26,200 nt of DNA from Bacilli bacterium (lineage in GTDB: Bacteria; Bacillota_I; Bacilli_A; RFN20; CAG-826). The notes beneath the pieces were generated by a model that was given only the letters and a program-made list of their open reading frames with translations, ran no database searches and was not told the DNA's origin. Positions 10,037 through 17,811 of the stretch are shown one piece after another (positions within the stretch are counted from its first letter, which is position 1; each line of letters opens with the position of its first letter). The stretch lies in NCBI GenBank assembly GCA_017651565.1, contig JAGCCQ010000030.1, positions 1 to 26,200 of the forward strand, read 5' to 3'. A program made the position numbers and the translations under genes.

Positions 10037-10065
10037 TTGTCTTAAATAAGACACAGTTTTATAAT
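10037..10065 (+). promoter_or_regulatory. Sigma-A-like promoter (TTGTCT-17-TATAAT) for ppiB, overlapped by the 16-bp palindrome TGTCTTAAATAAGACA (10038-10053). The palindrome is a candidate operator for the divergent polymerase/ppiB pair.
   Basis: The -35 TTGTCT lies at 10037-10042, a 17-nt spacer follows, and the -10 TATAAT lies at 10060-10065. The palindrome has 7-bp arms with a 2-bp centre. Confidence 0.4.
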
Positions 10066-10088
10066 ATAAAGGAATTTTGGAGAAAAAT

Positions 10089-10565
10089 ATGAAAGCAATT
10101 ATAGACATTAAAGACTACGGAACTATTAAAGTTGAATTAAATCCTAAAGAAGCACCAATCACAGTTGAGAACTTCGCAAAACTCGCTAAAAGTGGCTTCT
10201 ACAATGGTTTAACATTCCATAGAGTTATCAAAGGATTCATGATTCAAGGCGGTTGCCCAAAAGGTAATGGCACTGGTGGTCCTGGATACGAAATCAAAGG
10301 TGAATTTGCTGCTAATGGTGTTCAAAACAACATTTCACATAAAAGAGGTGTTATTTCAATGGCTAGAGCATATGACCCAAACAGTGCAGGTAGTCAATTC
10401 TTCATCATGCATAAAGACGGTAACTTCTTAGATGGACAATACGCCGCTTTTGGCGAAACAGTTGAAGGTATTGAAGTAGTTGATAAAGTCGCTGCTGTTA
10501 AAACTTCTCCAAATGATAAGCCATTAACTCCAGTAGTTATTAACACTATCACTATTGAAGATTAA
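10089..10565 (+). CDS. ppiB: Peptidyl-prolyl cis-trans isomerase, cyclophilin type.
   Basis: The cyclophilin motifs FHRVIKGFMIQGG, GGPGYEI and SQFFI are present. The ATG at 10089 is preferred because GGAG lies 6 nt upstream. The ORF-track start at 10077 is TTG. Confidence 0.85.
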   Translation: MKAIIDIKDYGTIKVELNPKEAPITVENFAKLAKSGFYNGLTFHRVIKGFMIQGGCPKGNGTGGPGYEIKGEFAANGVQNNISHKRGVISMARAYDPNSAGSQFFIMHKDGNFLDGQYAAFGETVEGIEVVDKVAAVKTSPNDKPLTPVVINTITIED

Positions 10566-10574
10566 TCTCTTCAC

Positions 10575-10650
10575 GGGTCTGTAGCTCACCTGGGAGAGCA
10601 TCTCGTTCGCAACGAGAAGGTAACGAGTTCGAGTCTCGCCAGATCCACCA
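10575..10650 (+). tRNA. tRNA-Ala, anticodon CGC, with encoded CCA.
   Basis: The 76-nt cloverleaf has acceptor GGGTCTG/CAGATCC with a G3:U70 pair, D-arm GCTC-ACCTGGGA-GAGC, anticodon stem TCTCG/CGAGA, loop TTCGCAA (U33, anticodon CGC, A37), T-arm ACGAG-TTCGAGT-CTCGC, discriminator A, and CCA. Confidence 0.85.
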
Positions 10651-10814
10651 AGTGAAAAAATAAATGTCGTAGTCCAAATCCGTCCGTCCCCGATGGGACA
10701 GTCCAGATCGTCCTACGGTAGTTTGAATAGAAGTCGTCAAGAATGGCGGCTTTTTTGCTTTCAAACCCTGATTTCTTCTTGTTATAATCCTAAAAAACTT
10801 TTTATAATGAACGC

Positions 10815-11333
10815 ATGAAAACACAAGAAACCCCTAAAGTCCATTTGGAAAAGGTTACATGGGATAACTATTGGAGGGTCATCCATCTCCAAGTGAACAA
10901 AGAACAAAGAAATTTCGTCGCGACCAATACGCTTAGTTTGGCCCATGCTTATCTCAACACCATGGAGAATGTTCCAACATGGCCCTTTGCTATTTATTTC
11001 GGGAAGAAGATCGTCGGTTTTGCCTTGCTTTGCTATTTCGGAGATCGCGATTCCTATTTAGAGGATAATCCGATTCCCTTCATCAAGTCTTCTTACCATA
11101 TTGCGCGCCTTATGATTGACCGCCGCCACCAAAGACGCGGCTATGGAAAAGAGGCATTACAGCAAGTCCTCGAATTCTTCCGTTCTCAGCCTGCCGGACC
11201 AGGGGCATATGTCACACTCTATTACGAGATGGAGAACGAAGCGGCCAAGAAGCTTTATGCATCCTTTGGCTTCGTTGAATATCCGGAAAGTTTCAAAGAA
11301 GGCGATGAGATGCCAGCTTACCTCAAATTGTAA
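10815..11333 (+). CDS. GNAT-family N-acetyltransferase, probably horizontally acquired.
   Basis: A 172-aa protein with the acetyl-CoA-binding motif RLMIDRRHQRRGYGKEAL. Its GC content is clearly higher than its neighbours (about 45% versus about 32%) and it uses CCG, GCG and CGC codons. A TATAAT at 10802-10807 only 7 nt before the ATG suggests a leaderless mRNA. Confidence 0.85.
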   Translation: MKTQETPKVHLEKVTWDNYWRVIHLQVNKEQRNFVATNTLSLAHAYLNTMENVPTWPFAIYFGKKIVGFALLCYFGDRDSYLEDNPIPFIKSSYHIARLMIDRRHQRRGYGKEALQQVLEFFRSQPAGPGAYVTLYYEMENEAAKKLYASFGFVEYPESFKEGDEMPAYLKL

Positions 11334-11342
11334 AATCTCTGC

Positions 11343-11392
11343 AAAACCGAGCTAAATGAATGAATTTTGAGTGGAAAAGCTCGGTTTTTTCT
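11343..11392 (+). terminator. Rho-independent terminator after the GNAT gene.
   Basis: Stem AAAACCGAGCT, a long loop, stem AGCTCGGTTTT, then TTTTTT. Confidence 0.5.
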
Positions 11393-11500
11393 TGTTCGCG
11401 AATGACTAAATACATAACATAATACGGATAAAGACTTTTGTGCGATTCTTGATAAATGAGTTTGTGTAACTACAAATATCATTAGAGACAATCAATCGAA

Positions 11501-12139
11501 GTGTTTTGTAAATTCATTTATAATAGAAATATGGCACCAAAAACAAAACACTACTTTTCCGAACTCCCAGAAAACTATATTTCTGATTATGTAATAGATG
11601 CTAGTTCCAAAAAAACTGGCAATATTGTTATGATTTTGTTTCCTATTTTCTTTGCACTTACATTTGTTATTTGTGAAGCGATTAATGGTTTTAATTTTGC
11701 CATCGAATTCAAATTAGCTAGAACACTCGTTGCTTCTGTTGTTTTTATTCCAACATACTTCTTTATGATTATAGTACACGAACTTATCCATGGACTTTTT
11801 AACAAGATTCTTACTCGTGAAAAACTTGTCTTTGGTTTCTCTAAAAAAAGCGCTTATTGTGGGACCCCATCTATTTATATCAAGAAAGGGGCAAAAATCG
11901 TTATTGCAATGGCGCCTTTCTTTGTTTTGTTAATTGCTTTAATTATTCCACTTATTTTTGTTAAAGATCCTTTCTATTACCTATTAATAACTATCCTTTT
12001 AGGATTGCATGTCGGAGGTTGCTCTGGCGATTTGGTGGAGTTTTTCATTCTCCTATTCAAATATAAAGGAAAAGAAGTATTGGTTTTGGATATAGGACCA
12101 TCCCAAACAATTTATATAAAAGCCACTAATAACAAGTGA
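11501..12139 (+). CDS. DUF3267-family membrane protein, a putative zincin metallopeptidase with an HExxH motif.
   Basis: The hydrophobic protein contains VHELIHGLF within a TM context. The start is ambiguous: GTG at 11501 versus ATG at 11531 (MAPKTKHYF...), and neither has a clear SD. Confidence 0.65.
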   Translation: MFCKFIYNRNMAPKTKHYFSELPENYISDYVIDASSKKTGNIVMILFPIFFALTFVICEAINGFNFAIEFKLARTLVASVVFIPTYFFMIIVHELIHGLFNKILTREKLVFGFSKKSAYCGTPSIYIKKGAKIVIAMAPFFVLLIALIIPLIFVKDPFYYLLITILLGLHVGGCSGDLVEFFILLFKYKGKEVLVLDIGPSQTIYIKATNNK

Positions 12140-12148
12140 AAAATCTAG

Positions 12149-12319
12149 GTTTTTGTTGCCTTGGAGAATGAAGGAAATGGCGGTGATTATAACGCCGCTT
12201 TGCTCATTATGCTCAATGATGATTTTATCGAAAGAATGCTAGATAAGTTCTTCGCTAAGAATACTTATAATGGCATCCTCTCCTCATATGAGAGAAAAGA
12301 CTTCGAATCATTTTTTTGA
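12149..12319 (+). pseudogene. Possible gene remnant. It is a start-less 56-codon open frame.
   Basis: The frame encodes ...LENEGNGGDYNAALLIMLNDDFIERMLDKFFAKNTYNGILSSYERKDFESFF and has no upstream start codon. It sits in a roughly 430-nt non-coding gap. Confidence 0.2.
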
Positions 12320-12489
12320 TCTGTTCACTCATTTAAAGGCGTTGAAGGAAACCTAGAACTAAGTTCCTTTCGATATTAGTAACGTTATAACGAGGCAACT
12401 AGAAGCCTGAAAGAAGTTAACATTGATAAAGAAATAGATGAACTAAGAAAGAGATATAGTTTCGTAGAAGATACAAATAGGAATAAATA

Positions 12490-12535
12490 GAAAGAAAAAG
12501 CCTCCATCAGTATGGCACAGATAGAGGCTTTTTAA
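12490..12535. terminator. Bidirectional hairpin terminator downstream of the minus-strand lipoprotein gene.
   Basis: Stem GCCTCCATC, an 11-nt loop, stem GATAGAGGC with one mismatch. It is flanked by an A-run on the 5' side and a T-run on the 3' side. Confidence 0.6.
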
Positions 12536-12575
12536 ACCTTTTGAACGTTTATGGGGTGGTCCAAAAGTTTTAATC

Positions 12576-14789
12576 TTAGTTATTAACTATTTTATTTAAT
12601 TGGATACCATTAACTAATAAAGAATAACCAATATTGCCATGAGCAATTGTGATTTTTTGTGTTGTTGCAGTAACAACAATTTTTGCGACAAATTCTACTT
12701 TCTTGAATTCTGTATTGGATAATCCAAGAGTAGACCAACTATCTTTTGTTGTAGGATTATAAACAGTATCATCTACTTTTATGAAATATCTATAATCATC
12801 CTCAGAAGTTGTATCTGAGCCACCGCTTTCTTCAACAGTGCCATTAACGCAAAGTTCTGCTTTAGCCATGTTATACCATTTTCTATTTCCATGGCTTGAG
12901 CTAGACATTTTAGCATCAATCTTAACTGAGTATTCACCTGGAGCAACTGTTACTTTTCCTTCACCTTCGCCAAGAGTCCAAGTATAATCACCTTTTAATT
13001 TGCCGTTGTCTAAGTTGCCAGCAGTTAATTGAGCGCTAGAAACATTTAAGTTAATTGTGTTTCCATCATCTACTTCTACAGGGATAGAACTCTTTGGAAT
13101 TAATTTAAAGAAGTCAACTGTAGGTACTAAGTCACCAATAGCTTTAACTGTTAATGTGTTTGCACCTAAAGCAACTGCTACTTCACCAACTTGATAAGAA
13201 GTAATTGCGCTACCAGAGATAACTAAGTCAACATCGAGTGTAGCTTTTGTAGTTCCTACTGTGAATTCTAAGTTTTCAGCTACTTTACTTTCAGTGTATG
13301 TATAGCCGTTAGATCCACCGTTTGCTCTACCAACTAAGAAGATAACGTAAGTTTCTGCATTAGCAGCATTGAATGTATAAGTTAATGTTGCGTCTTTTGG
13401 CCATACTTGAGTTACTTTACCACTAGCGTTAGAGCTTGAGCTTGGTGTTCTATATGTGATACCTGCTGCAGCAGCGTCTTCTTCATTAAGTTCTGCTTCG
13501 AATCGTACTTCACCTGCTAAGAGTTTTTCTGTAACAGTGATTGTAACTCTAGTTGTTTTCATTCCATCTTTCTTGAGAATAATACTTGCTGTACCTTTAG
13601 CAACACCAGTTACTAAACCAGTCTCACTGACAGTAGCTACTGAAGTATCAGAAGATTCATATGTGATTCCTGTAGTTGCAGAAGTGAGTTGAACTGTTGA
13701 TTCTGCTTCGATAGTTAAATCTGTTGCAGGATTTGTAATAGTAATAGCTTCTTTTTCAGTAGCAGGAACAACAGCGATTGTTGTTGCACCTTCTGCATAG
13801 ATTTCTAAATCATCTAAATAAGGAGCATTACCTTTCATAGTGAGTTCTAACTTATTAGTTGCTGCTAAGTCAAACATACCGAAAGATACTTGTTTAAAAG
13901 TATATCCGCCTTGACCATCGCTATCTGTTGTATAGTTAACAGCACTTAAATCAATATCGGCATCATTAAATTTAGCATCAATTATAGTGCTTAATGGTTC
14001 GTATGATGAATTATGTCCCATAGTAACAACAAGTTCTGCTTTAACTGTTGCACTAGAAGTAAAAGTCAATGTTTCTTTATCGCCTTCACCAAAATATGCG
14101 ACACATGTACCATCACGTGCGCTTGATTTTTCATAAATTGGTGTTTCTCCAGGACCACGGTTGCTATTTGTCCATGCTCCATCTGCAGAATAGTGATCTG
14201 CATCATTCCAAGCTATTTTTGCAGTAGCTTCTGGTCTAACAATCTCTAAAGCAAATTTGCCTTCATCGAATCCATCTTTTTTAGCTGAGATTGTTACTGG
14301 CCCGTATTTAAGGCCAGTTACTACACCAGAACCATCAACTGTAGCAATAGTTGCATCACTTGTTGACCAAGCGACACCATCTTTGCTTGCTGTAAGCTTG
14401 AGTGTGTTTCCTTTAATAATTGTTTTTGCATTACCTTCTGATGTAATTTGAATCTTTTCTAATTCAACTTTAATGGTAATGGTTCCGTCCTTATAACCGG
14501 GCTTTTTAGCTGTAATTTTTGTTGAGCCAACGCTCTTTGATTCAACTAAACCAGACGCATTAACTGTAGCGATTTCTGGATGTTCAGATTCCCAAGTTAC
14601 TCCCTCGATAGAAGAACTGAGTTGAACACTTTCTCCTAAAACTAATTTGGTCTTTTTGTCAGCTGCTGAAACATCGATCTTTTGATCTGCTGTTTCTTGT
14701 GTGTCTGTTTTATCGCCACATGCGACTAGGCCCGCGCCCAAAAGCATACCTAAAACTGCAACAGGCACAAAAAATTTTTTCCCCTTCAT
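12576..14789 (-). CDS. Large surface lipoprotein with repeated bacterial Ig-like (Big_2) domains.
   Basis: The start was moved to ATG 14789 (MKGKKFFVPVAVLGMLLGAGLVAC...) with AGGAAA 8 nt upstream. It has a lipobox L-V-A-C. Several domains of about 80 aa resemble VTGVKVGTATIT-type Big_2 modules, for example LGESVQLSSSIEGVTWESEHPEIATVNASGLVESKSVGSTKITAKKPGYKDGTITIKV. Length is 737 aa. Confidence 0.75.
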   Translation of the reverse strand: MKGKKFFVPVAVLGMLLGAGLVACGDKTDTQETADQKIDVSAADKKTKLVLGESVQLSSSIEGVTWESEHPEIATVNASGLVESKSVGSTKITAKKPGYKDGTITIKVELEKIQITSEGNAKTIIKGNTLKLTASKDGVAWSTSDATIATVDGSGVVTGLKYGPVTISAKKDGFDEGKFALEIVRPEATAKIAWNDADHYSADGAWTNSNRGPGETPIYEKSSARDGTCVAYFGEGDKETLTFTSSATVKAELVVTMGHNSSYEPLSTIIDAKFNDADIDLSAVNYTTDSDGQGGYTFKQVSFGMFDLAATNKLELTMKGNAPYLDDLEIYAEGATTIAVVPATEKEAITITNPATDLTIEAESTVQLTSATTGITYESSDTSVATVSETGLVTGVAKGTASIILKKDGMKTTRVTITVTEKLLAGEVRFEAELNEEDAAAAGITYRTPSSSSNASGKVTQVWPKDATLTYTFNAANAETYVIFLVGRANGGSNGYTYTESKVAENLEFTVGTTKATLDVDLVISGSAITSYQVGEVAVALGANTLTVKAIGDLVPTVDFFKLIPKSSIPVEVDDGNTINLNVSSAQLTAGNLDNGKLKGDYTWTLGEGEGKVTVAPGEYSVKIDAKMSSSSHGNRKWYNMAKAELCVNGTVEESGGSDTTSEDDYRYFIKVDDTVYNPTTKDSWSTLGLSNTEFKKVEFVAKIVVTATTQKITIAHGNIGYSLLVNGIQLNKIVNN

Positions 14790-14821
14790 TATGAGTTTTC
14801 CTTTCTTTATGTTGTCATAAT

Positions 14822-14846
14822 AATCCAAAGACCCTATATTGGATTT
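14822..14846. promoter_or_regulatory. Inverted repeat AATCCAA-N11-TTGGATT in the 5' leader of the lipoprotein gene.
   Basis: Perfect 7-bp arms are seen directly in the sequence, 33 nt upstream of the start codon on the minus strand. Confidence 0.3.
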
Positions 14847-15163
14847 TCTGACTTGAGCACCCTCATTATATAGCACCAAAAATGCAAAACAAAAGAATTA
14901 TTTTTTAGTCAGAAATACATTATTTACTAAAATAATAATTTTGAGATTCAGTCTCAATTTCTTGTTTGTAAATTTTATACATTTTTCTTAATAAATGACT
15001 TTTTCTTATACATTTTTTAACATTTGTTTCGAGATCTAAGAAAAATATAATTTTCAATATCTAACCAAAATATAAGCTAAAATTGGCCAAAAATAAATAA
15101 AAAATACACAAAAGTAACTACAACGTTTTCGACAAAAGAATATAATTTTAATAAGAATTTGAT

Positions 15164-15207
15164 GTACATAAAATATTTTTTCAAAATTAATTGTATTTTT
15201 ATGTACA
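15164..15207. promoter_or_regulatory. Large inverted repeat TGTACATAAAATA-N17-TATTTTTATGTACA upstream of the flotillin operon. It is a candidate operator.
   Basis: The 13/14-bp arms are nearly perfect. They lie about 40 nt upstream of ATG 15243 and just downstream of a TATAAT at 15141-15146. Confidence 0.45.
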
Positions 15208-15242
15208 CAAATGTATTATGAATAAGAAAGGAGATAAAACTG

Positions 15243-15614
15243 ATGATTAAATGGTTTAATGTAAAAGCAAAAAAGGGTGTTGCTTCTTTGTATTCTAACA
15301 ACATCACATTAAACACCACGGCTATGTACCCATTTGAAGACGCTCATAGGGTTCAAGTTGGAATGGATGACGATGGTAACATAGTTATTCAACCACTTAA
15401 TAGAACAGTCGTGGAGTCGTTTAACTTAGATGAAAGCTGTCTTCTAAAGATCGAACGACACAAAAGTTTTGCGAGGATTTCCTCTACCGCTCTTATGAAG
15501 CAAATTGAAGATGTTCTCAAAATTTCCTTATCAAAAGTCCCGGTGCAGTTCGAAACATCTTGGGACCCAGAAGGAAATGTCCTTACAATTCTAGTAAAAG
15601 AAGGACTGATGTAA
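15243..15614 (+). CDS. Hypothetical soluble protein, the first gene of the flotillin operon. It may be an OB-fold protein or a short NfeD-like partner (speculative).
   Basis: A 123-aa protein with the RBS aaaggaga. It has no TM segment. Its N-terminus MIKWFNVKAKKG resembles the cold-shock/OB-fold KWFN motif. It ends 47 nt before the flotillin start. Confidence 0.55.
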   Translation: MIKWFNVKAKKGVASLYSNNITLNTTAMYPFEDAHRVQVGMDDDGNIVIQPLNRTVVESFNLDESCLLKIERHKSFARISSTALMKQIEDVLKISLSKVPVQFETSWDPEGNVLTILVKEGLM

Positions 15615-15661
15615 TTTCTGCAGGTGAATCGAATACCTGTAAAAAAGGAGGGAAAGAAATT

Positions 15662-17155
15662 ATGTGGCCATTATATGTAGCCATTGCAGTTGTAGTTTTT
15701 ATTGGTTTAATTCTTATAGCTGCTTACACAAAAGCTGGACCAGATGAAGCAATTATGATTTCTGGTTTAGGAAAAAGAAAAATCTTAAGAGGAAGAGCTG
15801 GAATGAGAATCCCATTCTTCCAAAGAAAAGACAGATTATCATTAAAAGCATTCCAAGTTGATATTAAAACTCGTGAATCAATTCCAACTAATGAATTTAT
15901 TAACATCATGGTTGATGGCGTTGCTAACTTAAAGATTTCAAGCAATCCTCAATTGTTAGAAAGAGCTTTCGAAACAATCTTAGGTATGGGCAAGAATGAC
16001 TTAATTGATCAAGTCAAACAAGTTCTTGAAGGTAACATGCGTGAAATCATTGGTACTGTTGGTATCAGACAATTAGTTCAAGACAGAAAAGGTGTAGCAG
16101 AAGCTGTTAAAGAAAACGTTATTCCTGATATGCAAAAGTTAGGTCTTGAATTAGTTAACTTCAACATCCAAAACTTCTCAGATGATAATGATGTCATTAA
16201 AAACTTAGGTATTGATAACATTTCTCAAATCAGCAAAGAAGCTGCAATCGCAAAAGCAAACGCTGAAAGAGATGTCAGTATTGCAAAAGCAAAAGCTGAA
16301 CAAGACGCTAACGAAGCTGAAGTTAACGCTAAGACAGTTATCGTACAAAAGAATACAGAATACGCTTTAAAAGAAGCTGAATTAAAGATCAAATCTGATA
16401 CAGCAAAAGCAGATGCTGATGCTGCATACAAGATTCAAGAGCAAAAGAGACAAGAAGAAATCAACGTTGCAACAACTAATGCTGAAATTTCTAAGAGAGA
16501 ACGTGAAGTTGAACTTGGAAACAAAGAAGTTGAATTAGCTGAAAAGAAATTAGCAGCTACAATCAACAAGAAAGCAGATGCTGAAAAATACGCTACAGAA
16601 AAAGCTGCTGAAGCTGAACTCTTCAAGAGAAAAGCAGCTGCTGAAGCTGAATTAGTTGAAGCTCAAAGAAAAGCTGAAATCAAGAAAGTTGCTGCTGATG
16701 CAGAAAAGAACGCTCGTGAACAAGCTGCAACAGCTGTCAAGATTGAAGCTGAAGCTAACAAAGAAGCTGCATTAGCTGAAGCAAAAGGTATTGAAGCTAA
16801 AGGCCAAGCAGAAGCTGATGCAATCAGAGCAAAAGCAGACGCTATGAAATCATACAACGATGCTGCAACATTAAAACTCATTCTCGAAAGCAACGTATTG
16901 CCAGAAACAGTCAGAGCATACTCAGAGCCAATTGCTGCTGCTCTCTCACAAATTGATGGTATTACAATGTACGGCGATGGTAATGAAGCAAAACTCGTTA
17001 GTGAAATTCAACAACACGGCGATCAAATCTTCGCAGGTCTCAATAAGACTTTAGGAATCGATTTAAAATCATTATTACTTGGATACTTCGGGGACAAGGT
17101 TATCACAAATAATAAAGGTAGCAAAAAAGCTCCTAAAGATACTAAAGAAGACTAA
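15662..17155 (+). CDS. floT: Flotillin-like SPFH/Band-7 protein (FloT/YuaG-like).
   Basis: The start was moved to ATG 15662 (MWPLYVAIAVVVFIGL...), which is preceded by AAGGAGGG. The protein has an N-terminal TM anchor, an SPFH domain, and a long Ala/Glu/Lys-rich coiled-coil region with EA repeats. Confidence 0.85.
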   Translation: MWPLYVAIAVVVFIGLILIAAYTKAGPDEAIMISGLGKRKILRGRAGMRIPFFQRKDRLSLKAFQVDIKTRESIPTNEFINIMVDGVANLKISSNPQLLERAFETILGMGKNDLIDQVKQVLEGNMREIIGTVGIRQLVQDRKGVAEAVKENVIPDMQKLGLELVNFNIQNFSDDNDVIKNLGIDNISQISKEAAIAKANAERDVSIAKAKAEQDANEAEVNAKTVIVQKNTEYALKEAELKIKSDTAKADADAAYKIQEQKRQEEINVATTNAEISKREREVELGNKEVELAEKKLAATINKKADAEKYATEKAAEAELFKRKAAAEAELVEAQRKAEIKKVAADAEKNAREQAATAVKIEAEANKEAALAEAKGIEAKGQAEADAIRAKADAMKSYNDAATLKLILESNVLPETVRAYSEPIAAALSQIDGITMYGDGNEAKLVSEIQQHGDQIFAGLNKTLGIDLKSLLLGYFGDKVITNNKGSKKAPKDTKED

Positions 17156-17167
17156 GGTATCAAATAC

Positions 17168-17206
17168 ATGACCCACATCTTAAAAAGATGAGGGTCTTTT
17201 TTTTAT
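17168..17206 (+). terminator. Rho-independent terminator after floT.
   Basis: Stem GACCCACATCTT, loop aaaa, stem AAGATGAGGGTC with one mismatch, then TTTTTTTT. Confidence 0.65.
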
Positions 17207-17234
17207 TATTTTTTTAGTCTACAATAAGCACCGT

Positions 17235-17768
17235 ATGAATAAGAGCAAAGCTATTAGAAGAATATGTTTGAACGCAATTATGCTCGCGTTGTTCTGCATA
17301 GTTGGTATGTTTTCAATTCCTTTAGGAGATAACATCAAAGTATCTCTCCAACTTTTAATAGTCTTTATTATTTGTTTAACTATGGAAAGCGTTATCGATT
17401 GTCTTATCGTAACGTCTTTATATCTACTTCTTGGCTTATTTTTGCCGTTCTACGCAGGATTTAGCTTTGGCGTCACTCCAACATTCGGCTATGTTATTTC
17501 TTTCGTTGTAATAAGCCCAATTGTGTTCTTTTTGAATAAAATTCCTAGAATCTATCCACCAGTAAGAATGTTCATCGCATGTTTTGTTGGTCTTTTAGTC
17601 TGTTACACAATTGGAACATTATTTATGATGCTTTATCTAAAGTGGAATTTAGTTACTACACTCGCTGTTTCAGTACTTCCGTATATCCCATTTGATATAG
17701 CAAAAATCGTTATCGCAATATTAGTTGTTTTAGTTCTCCCTACAAAATTTTTTAAAAAAGATGAATAG
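17235..17768 (+). CDS. bioY: BioY-family ECF transporter S component (biotin).
   Basis: A 177-aa protein with six TM helices. SIPLGDNIKVSLQLLIV resembles the BioY P-[IV]-[TS]-LQ motif, and the C-terminal LPYIPFDIAKIVIAIL resembles the BioY P-F-I-P-G-D motif. Confidence 0.65.
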   Translation: MNKSKAIRRICLNAIMLALFCIVGMFSIPLGDNIKVSLQLLIVFIICLTMESVIDCLIVTSLYLLLGLFLPFYAGFSFGVTPTFGYVISFVVISPIVFFLNKIPRIYPPVRMFIACFVGLLVCYTIGTLFMMLYLKWNLVTTLAVSVLPYIPFDIAKIVIAILVVLVLPTKFFKKDE

Positions 17769-17811
17769 TTTTTGCTAGTTAAAACGTCTTATTAAATGAG
17801 AGGGGAGCTAA

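Noticed and set aside
10009-10088. A Bacillus-type LexA (Cheo) box GAAC-N4-GTTC upstream of the Y-family polymerase.
   Set aside because: It is not present. Only the unrelated palindrome TGTCTTAAATAAGACA was found.
10651-10740. A second tRNA or tmRNA-like gene directly after tRNA-Ala (GTCGTAGTCC...CCCCGATGGGAC...CTACGG).
   Set aside because: It contains a GTCCC/GGGAC hairpin but cannot be folded into a cloverleaf. It is more likely part of the acquired GC-rich flank or an attachment-site remnant.
10552-10824. Minus-strand 90-aa ORF overlapping the tRNA-Ala gene.
   Set aside because: It overlaps a well-formed tRNA on the opposite strand, has no RBS, and its composition is atypical. It is spurious.
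11116-11355. A 79-aa + strand ORF inside the GNAT gene in another frame.
   Set aside because: It is fully nested in a strongly supported CDS and is an alternative-frame artefact of the GC-rich segment.
16225-16893. Antisense Ala/Ser-rich ORFs inside floT.
   Set aside because: They are the mirror image of the GCT/GAA-rich coiled-coil coding repeats and do not represent genes.
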